Made by a program: the position numbers and the translations under genes
Origin: a virus
Virus record (IMG/VR): IMGVR_UViG_3300029822_000002
Location: 2,107 to 66,106 of that record
Strand: one strand, 5' to 3'
Length of the DNA: 64,000 nucleotides
The notes under the pieces: model-generated
Database searches by the model: none
The model's input: the letters and a program-made list of their open reading frames with translations, nothing else
What the model was told of the DNA's origin: nothing
Part shown: positions 58,212 through 64,000 of the stretch, one piece after another
Position numbering within the stretch: the first letter of the stretch is position 1
How the letters are laid out: the number at the start of each line of letters is the position of its first letter

Positions 58212-58963
58212 TGGATTTATTAGATTTAATAAAAAAAGAAAATGTACAAGTTCACCTATTAGAATTATATAATAATGGTGAACTTGTTCACATTTTACCA
58301 GAATTGATTGATTTAGATGATAATACAAAGGGATATAAAAATAACTTTTATCATACTTTACAAGTTTTAAAAAATGTATCAGATATTACCAATGATCATA
58401 AAATGAAATTGGTGGCACTATTCCACGATATAGGCAAACCAAAAACAAAGAATAATAATAATGGTAAATGGACATTTTATAACCACGAATCAGTTGGAGC
58501 TGAAATGACAATAAAAATATTCAATAGATTGAATATAAACGATGAATATTTAAGAGATTATGTTTATAGGATGATTTACTATCATGGTAGAGTTAAAATC
58601 CATAGGGATGTGTCAGAATCAGCTATAAGAAGATTAGATAAAGAAGTAGGACAAGATATCATATTTGATTTAATTGAATTTTGTAAATGTGATATAACAA
58701 CAAAATTTGATGATAAAAGAAATAGAATAATTAGTAATTTAAATATAATAAAAAATAGAATATTAGAGATAAGACAAAAAGACGAAGATGCTAAATGGAG
58801 GTCTCCATTAACAGGTAATATGATTATGGATTTATTAGATATACAACCTTGTAGATTAATAGGTGATATTAAAAAAGAATTAGATACAAAACTTAAAAAT
58901 GGTGATATAACATTAGATGAAGCCATTAAAAAAGTATTAGATTATAAAAAAAAGGAAGATTAA
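58211..58963 (+). CDS. HD domain of CCA-adding-enzyme type without nucleotidyltransferase head
   Basis: ILPEL..L, F.HTLQVL, ALFHDIGKPKT, FYNHE.VGA, L.G..IM. Confidence 0.8.
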   Translation: MDLLDLIKKENVQVHLLELYNNGELVHILPELIDLDDNTKGYKNNFYHTLQVLKNVSDITNDHKMKLVALFHDIGKPKTKNNNNGKWTFYNHESVGAEMTIKIFNRLNINDEYLRDYVYRMIYYHGRVKIHRDVSESAIRRLDKEVGQDIIFDLIEFCKCDITTKFDDKRNRIISNLNIIKNRILEIRQKDEDAKWRSPLTGNMIMDLLDIQPCRLIGDIKKELDTKLKNGDITLDEAIKKVLDYKKKED

Positions 58964-58980
58964 ATCTTCCTTTTTTTTAT
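58948..58980. terminator. Bidirectional terminator overlapping convergent gene ends
   Basis: AAAAAAGGAAGAT-TAA-ATCTTCCTTTTTT. Confidence 0.75.
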
Positions 58981-59573
58981 TTTATACCTTTATGTTTTTT
59001 TATGATATTGTAAGCATTATTCAATTTCTGCATATTTCTTTTAGATATTTCTTGATTTTCTTTAGTGTCATTTGAAAATACATCAGGGTGCCATTTTTTA
59101 ACTAACTCTCTATATCTATTTTTAATTTTAACAATATTATCATTAATTTCTAATCCCATTAATTGATAACTATTTTTAACATTTTGATCAATTATTGGTT
59201 TATTTACTTTTCTATAACTATCACCATAATAATTATGCCCATATGTTGAATCTCTTGTGAAAAACTCTCTATAACTATTATAATAATTATAGTATCTTTT
59301 TTTCATTTCATTTAATTCATATTCATATAATATTTCTTTATTATGAGATAATTCACCCGATATGTCAAAAATAGTTTTTGAAAAATAAAATGCACCAACA
59401 ATATAAACTAAAAGAACTATGGTCATAAAGAATCTAAAAATAATACTATTACCACCAGTTAATAACATAATTATTAGAAAAAATACCATAAGTATAGATG
59501 ATATTAATTTTCTTTTATTACTCTTCAGTTCTTTTTCTAGTTTTTTAATATCCTCTTTTATTTTATTAATCAT
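58977..59573 (-). CDS. Membrane-anchored J-domain protein (C-terminal J domain)
   Basis: Two TM helices; Y..MGL.....IK.RYREL.KKWHPD...MQKLN.AY. Confidence 0.85.
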   Translation of the reverse strand: MINKIKEDIKKLEKELKSNKRKLISSILMVFFLIIMLLTGGNSIIFRFFMTIVLLVYIVGAFYFSKTIFDISGELSHNKEILYEYELNEMKKRYYNYYNSYREFFTRDSTYGHNYYGDSYRKVNKPIIDQNVKNSYQLMGLEINDNIVKIKNRYRELVKKWHPDVFSNDTKENQEISKRNMQKLNNAYNIIKKHKGIK

Positions 59574-60312
59574 AATTTTTATTATTTAAAGGAAATAATT
59601 CTTTCATTTCATTAATATCCAAACAAGTAAAGATAGTATTATCATATGGAAATGTTTTGCTCATATGAAAATGACCATAATACCATCTTAGAATTTTATT
59701 ACCATTTATAATTAAATGTTCATAAAGTTTAGTTACTTCACTTCTTTCTTTTTCCAAATCACCAAATAAATGAATATCTCTGTTTATCCAGTAATCTAAT
59801 CCTATTTTAACATAAGGATATGCAAAGTGAGGAGCAGTATGAGTAACAACAAAATCGATATCTTTTAAATTGTTAGCTTTATTTTCATCATAAACGAATA
59901 TTTCATCTTTCCACCAATCTCTACCTTTTCCTAGAATATATCTTTTACGATTTGTTCTATCGATACTTGTTGCACCACCAACACATAAAATATTCCAACC
60001 ATTTATATCTAATACATCATAATCATTAACAAATTTAACATGTTCTTTGTTAATATCTAATTCACCATTAAAATAATTAGGATCATCATGATTTCCACGA
60101 ACAACAAATACGATGCTGTTGTATTTTTTTAATCTGTTATTAAAATGATTCATTCTTCTATCTTCTTTAATGACATCATCAAACCCAACACCAAAATCAC
60201 CTGCAACAATAATTGCACAGTTTTTTAAATCATTAGCTTTAAAAAAATTTGGAATAACATCTAATTCTCCATGAATATCACCACACACAAATATATAATC
60301 GAAATTTAACAT
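59566..60312 (-). CDS. Calcineurin-like metallophosphoesterase
   Basis: CGDIHG, AGDFG, RGNHD, GGA.SIDR, THTAP, YGHFH. Confidence 0.9.
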   Translation of the reverse strand: MLNFDYIFVCGDIHGELDVIPNFFKANDLKNCAIIVAGDFGVGFDDVIKEDRRMNHFNNRLKKYNSIVFVVRGNHDDPNYFNGELDINKEHVKFVNDYDVLDINGWNILCVGGATSIDRTNRKRYILGKGRDWWKDEIFVYDENKANNLKDIDFVVTHTAPHFAYPYVKIGLDYWINRDIHLFGDLEKERSEVTKLYEHLIINGNKILRWYYGHFHMSKTFPYDNTIFTCLDINEMKELFPLNNKNYD

Positions 60313-60333
60313 TTTTAATTATTTTTGAATTAA

Positions 60334-60366
60334 CAAAGATAATAATAATTTTTTTAAAAAACCAAA
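60334..60366 (-). promoter_or_regulatory. Bacteroidota-type promoter (minus strand)
   Basis: Reverse-complement TATCTTTG 60334-60341 and TTTG 60363-60366. Confidence 0.75.
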
Positions 60367-60386
60367 TATTTTAATTTGTTAAAAAT

Positions 60387-60986
60387 TTATATATTAATAA
60401 TTTCTATCTTATCCACAGTTTTATGACTAATGTACCCTAAATCTATCGCACATAAATGATTATTTTTAATAGTGAAATTTCCTGGATTACGTAAATCTAC
60501 TCTTATACCATATTTATCTGCTTCTTTTAGTATTTTTAAAAAATCTCTTACATATGAATTTGGGTGTATTGTATTAAAATATGACATTTTATAATTAAAT
60601 TTTTTAAATGCATCATTTAATTTATTTAAATTAACTTTTTTTGTATCTAAATATTCCATTTCAATTATATAAAAAGTATGATCGTTATGATTAATTATAT
60701 ATGAATTATAACAATCTACTAAATATTCTAATTTTTTTCCCTTTAATATATATGCTGCGGCTGCATTAAATTTATCTGATGTATATTTAAGAACTGTATT
60801 CTTATCTGTTAAATAACAATATCCGTAATGCCCACCAGAAATATTTTTTATAATATTATAACCTAATTTTTTAAAAATATCAATAAAATATTGATGGTCT
60901 TTATTAGGAGGTAAACTCTCTTCATTTAAAAGATGATATTTTTCTACTTCTTCGTTAAATTGTTTCCATTTTTTAATATTGTTCAT
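60387..60986 (-). CDS. Protein-kinase-like fold protein with CTS-like leader
   Basis: ISGGHYG (Gly loop), VLK, IEMEYL, DLRNPGN, AIDLG. Confidence 0.7.
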   Translation of the reverse strand: MNNIKKWKQFNEEVEKYHLLNEESLPPNKDHQYFIDIFKKLGYNIIKNISGGHYGYCYLTDKNTVLKYTSDKFNAAAAYILKGKKLEYLVDCYNSYIINHNDHTFYIIEMEYLDTKKVNLNKLNDAFKKFNYKMSYFNTIHPNSYVRDFLKILKEADKYGIRVDLRNPGNFTIKNNHLCAIDLGYISHKTVDKIEIINI

Positions 60987-61002
60987 GTTTTATTTTTATT
61001 TT

Positions 61003-61629
61003 TTATTTTGTTATAATAACTAACATTGTATCATTATTAATAATTTCAAATTTCAAATTTAAATGTGGGAATAAATCATAAAACATTTGTTCGTTGTATA
61101 CTCTATATTCAGATTCCCAATAATAATCATCTATTTTAACATTTTTTCCATATAAAAAAGTTAATAAAACTTTTTTATTACATAAATCATGTAATTTATT
61201 TATAGTTTCAATAAATTCATCTTTATCTATATACCATGTAAAAACTCCAATTGCACAAACAATATCAAATTTTTTATTAATTTCATTAGCATCTTTTATT
61301 AATTTAAAATCATAATTTTTATATGTATCTTTAGCAATTGATATATAATTTTTATTTATATCTACACCTAAATAATCAGATAATTGAATATTTTGATTAT
61401 CTAAATGTAATATAAAATCACCCATTCCACATCCGAAATCTAATAATGAATCACCTGATTTAATATGATTAGAAACTAATTCAAAATTTTTAATTTGAGA
61501 ATTATCAGCTTCCCATGCAACAGATGAACTTCTATATCCTTTATATATTGATAAAAATTTATTATATACTTCTATATTTTTTATTAATGTTTGTTCTTTA
61601 AATTCTTCAAATAATAATATTCTATTCAT
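61003..61629 (-). CDS. Class I SAM-dependent methyltransferase with CTS-like leader
   Basis: LLDFGCGMG, YLGVDIN, FDIVCAIGVF. Confidence 0.88.
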   Translation of the reverse strand: MNRILLFEEFKEQTLIKNIEVYNKFLSIYKGYRSSSVAWEADNSQIKNFELVSNHIKSGDSLLDFGCGMGDFILHLDNQNIQLSDYLGVDINKNYISIAKDTYKNYDFKLIKDANEINKKFDIVCAIGVFTWYIDKDEFIETINKLHDLCNKKVLLTFLYGKNVKIDDYYWESEYRVYNEQMFYDLFPHLNLKFEIINNDTMLVIITK

Positions 61630-61651
61630 TTTTATTATTCTTTATTATTTT

Positions 61652-61926
61652 TTATTTTTTTTTATTTCTTAGTTGAATTAATCTAATCTTCAAACTCCTT
61701 ACTGCTCCTTCTTCTGTTTCCCCTTCTCCATAAGTGTTGTCAAATTCACCACCTATTAGATTTGCGGTATAGATTCCTCTAAATACATCATAACTTAAAT
61801 TATATTTTATATTATGTTCTTTACCGCCACTTACCCAAGTATAACTTTTCACATTATCTTATTTAATGAAAAGTCATTATTTTCTTTCAAATTGAATTCT
61901 TTAAATGTGTTTATATACTTTCTCAT
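61652..61926 (-). pseudogene. CTS-leader gene split by frameshift (leader 61849-61926; cargo 61652-61852)
   Basis: MRKYINTFKEFNLKENNDFSLNKIM* overlaps GTG start; ATGTGAAA looks like a TG duplication of ATGAAA. Confidence 0.55.
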
Positions 61927-62225
61927 TTCTTTTGTCTTTATTTTTCATTATATATTAAAAAAATAAATGTATATTTTTATATACTGAAAACCAATAATAT
62001 CAATATAATTTGGATTTTTTTCATATTTTATATTAAATATATAATATTGTAATCGTTTTTATATTACCCAAAAAATAATGTAAATCAATATGGTTATAGT
62101 GGAAAAAAGAACAAAGTGGAAAACCTCCTGACTCACGACCAGGAATTTTAGATTTATGATTGTATTTTGGGTTAAAACTGGTTAATTGTGAAAGGAGGTA
62201 TTCTAAAAATCTAATTAGAAACATG

Positions 62226-62252
62226 GGAGCGGAAATTCGACCGCTCCTTTTT
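62226..62252 (+). terminator. GC-rich intrinsic terminator with no protein gene directly upstream on +
   Basis: GGAGCGG-AAATTCGA-CCGCTCC-TTTTT. Confidence 0.75.
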
Positions 62253-62325
62253 CTTGATATAAACTTTTTTGTTTTCTATACTATAATAAATTGAGATAAC
62301 TTCAAACTAAAAAAAGATAAATTCT

Positions 62326-63141
62326 ATGAAAACAAAAAATCCTATCAATATAGATAACATCGTATATCTATTAAATCAACAAAAATTTACTAATGAACAA
62401 TTTACTTTAAATTCTTTAAATAGATTTTCTATTAAAGATTTCAATAATGTATTTTTAACATTTATCAATTATTTTTTTGAATCATATGAAATAAAAGATA
62501 TTATAATATCAGATGTTCGTTCATACGGTACAACATTAATTAATGATAAATTAAGAAATTATTGGCATACAAATATATGTAAAATCTCATTTAATGCATT
62601 ATACCCTAATATCATAGTTAAATTATATGAAAAAGGTAAATTAAAATTTAATATTGATGAATTTGCTATTATTTATTCGTTTATGGTTAAAAATATAAAA
62701 GAAATCAAAAATCATAAAGATATAAAAGATGTTAGTAAATTATTATTTAAATATTTAATAAATTATACTTATGGTGCATTATCAAATCCTAAATTTTCTA
62801 ATTTTTATGTAGATAAACATCGACTAATATGCGAATACATTCATAACCCATTAGTTACATTTAAAAACGATTATATTGATAATATTATTTATGTAGATAC
62901 TGATGTAATATATTTAGATTTTCTAACAAAAGAAATAAAAAAACAATTTGATTGGTTAGAACTACCTTATGAAATAGAATATGGTATAAATGGTTTCTTT
63001 TTACAAAAAAAGAAATTTATTATTGATAAAAATAATAGTTGTAAAATTAGAGGTATAAGGGAATATAAAAGTAAATATAAATTACAAAAAAGTAGATTAT
63101 ATAAAATATCAAAATTATTTCAAATTATTTCAAATACTTAA
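62326..63141 (+). CDS. Minimal family-B DNA polymerase palm/fingers-like protein, probably inactive
   Basis: SFNALYPNII (motif A, Asp replaced by Ser), KYLINYTYG (motif B), YVDTD (motif C); no exonuclease domain. Confidence 0.7.
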   Translation: MKTKNPINIDNIVYLLNQQKFTNEQFTLNSLNRFSIKDFNNVFLTFINYFFESYEIKDIIISDVRSYGTTLINDKLRNYWHTNICKISFNALYPNIIVKLYEKGKLKFNIDEFAIIYSFMVKNIKEIKNHKDIKDVSKLLFKYLINYTYGALSNPKFSNFYVDKHRLICEYIHNPLVTFKNDYIDNIIYVDTDVIYLDFLTKEIKKQFDWLELPYEIEYGINGFFLQKKKFIIDKNNSCKIRGIREYKSKYKLQKSRLYKISKLFQIISNT

Positions 63142-63478
63142 ATCCTCTAAACCCCTTCATATATATTGGTTCAATCTTATTAAACTTTGGACTTCTTAAT
63201 ATAAATTTACCTTTCCATTTTTTACCTGTCGTTTGGCAGGTAAATTCTTTTTCTTCAAAACCAACTATTTCTAACCAACCTACCATATAATTATCATGAA
63301 CTAAATAACACTTATTTCCCTTTTTGGTATGTTTAGGAAATGAATTAACTTTAAAATTTAATACATAATTATTTTGTTGTGCATCAATTAATTCCTTTTC
63401 ATAATCTTCCCATTTAATAGTTGTTGGTATAGTAACAACAATATCATAATTTTCTATAAATTTTTCGTATGTTAACAT
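63125..63478 (-). CDS. ASCH/PUA-like small beta protein with CTS-like leader (MLTYEKFIE)
   Basis: GNKCYLVH...VG...I...E pattern; P..MKGFRGFKY tail. Confidence 0.5.
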   Translation of the reverse strand: MLTYEKFIENYDIVVTIPTTIKWEDYEKELIDAQQNNYVLNFKVNSFPKHTKKGNKCYLVHDNYMVGWLEIVGFEEKEFTCQTTGKKWKGKFILRSPKFNKIEPIYMKGFRGFKYLK

Positions 63479-63527
63479 TAAAAATAATTTGTTTTATTTT
63501 ATATATAATAAAAAACAAAATTAGATT

Positions 63528-63902
63528 ATGAAAATTAAAAGATTTAATCAATTTGTAAATGAATCTATAATTAATTTGAATTATGAAATATTAATAGATA
63601 ATGAACCATATGATTTATCACAATTTAAACAATATAAATATGGAGTATATATTAAATCATATGACGATTTATATTATATAGGTGATTTAAGAACTTTTGA
63701 TAAAATAAAATATTTAAGTTATTTAAATATAGAAAAAATCAAAAAAGTTAAATATAAATCAAATTTAATACAACCTGATGAAAATCAATTAAAAATAATA
63801 GAAGAAGAATTGGATAAAAATTATTTATCTCCTGATTTAATGGATGATACATTATCATATAAAGAATATATTAAAAAAATAATAAATGAAAATGAAAATT
63901 AA
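63528..63902 (+). CDS. Hypothetical protein with CTS-like leader
   Basis: MKIKRFNQFVNES. Confidence 0.7.
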   Translation: MKIKRFNQFVNESIINLNYEILIDNEPYDLSQFKQYKYGVYIKSYDDLYYIGDLRTFDKIKYLSYLNIEKIKKVKYKSNLIQPDENQLKIIEEELDKNYLSPDLMDDTLSYKEYIKKIINENEN

Positions 63903-64000
63903 AAGATTTAATCAATTAAATGAAAAAAAGGATAACGATATAAATTTAGAAACTTTAAAAGATAAAAATGGTAATATAATCATAAATGTTTCAATATCTA
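63892..64000 (+). CDS. 5' part of a protein with CTS-like leader (truncated by window edge)
   Basis: MKIKRFNQLNEKK... Confidence 0.6.
   Translation, partial: MKIKRFNQLNEKKDNDINLETLKDKNGNIIINVSIS

Larger units (their letters stand above)
1..64000. other. Segment of a probable jumbo phage genome, likely Bacteroidota host
   Basis: Dense short ORFans, multiple homing-type endonucleases, phage-type accessory metabolism, Bacteroidota-type promoters; no virion hallmark gene in the window, so inferred. Confidence 0.8.

Noticed and set aside
62033-62224. Minus-strand 63-aa ORF as a protein gene
   Set aside because: No motif, and it overlaps plus-strand RNA structure ending in a plus-strand terminator; not fully excluded
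1-64000. Bacterial chromosome segment
   Set aside because: Housekeeping-like genes are scattered singly among ORFans and homing-type endonucleases, without operon partners (e.g. dnaJ without dnaK, clpP without clpX or tig, receiver without kinase)

Overview
Very AT-rich, gene-dense segment that reads as part of a large (jumbo-type) bacteriophage genome. No capsid, portal or terminase gene lies in this window, so phage identity is inferred from gene content: many short ORFans, five free-standing endonucleases and host-like accessory enzymes. At least a dozen TTTG/TTG-N19-21-TAnnTTTG promoters and a 'DDIYY' lipoprotein point to a Bacteroidota host. Recognisable genes: prs, MazG-nadD, pncA, pncB (a deamidating NAD+ salvage set); dnaJ, clpP, clpS, clpC and a second J-domain protein; a MoxR AAA+/VWA-zincin pair; an ECF-type sigma factor with an ~85-aa insertion inside its sigma-4 HTH; a Mesh1/SpoT-type HD hydrolase; radical SAM; M23 and M28-like peptidases; and metallophosphoesterases. 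Most notable unexplained structure: (1) at least 12 unrelated cargo proteins (ART-like, ankyrin, kinase-like, methyltransferase, ASCH-like) share an N-terminal leader resembling the T4 capsid-targeting sequence, and the leader recurs internally in ankyrin 'polyproteins'; (2) a ~158-nt promoter-driven tRNA-like RNA with two T-arms; (3) a twice-repeated cassette of divergent ribbon-helix-helix genes (three of four missed by the ORF track) driving an antisense endonuclease; (4) a recurrent C-terminal R-x-x-K-[IL]-x-x-[IL] tail, once coinciding with a 52-bp direct repeat around an inserted gene; (5) several single-lesion gene disruptions.
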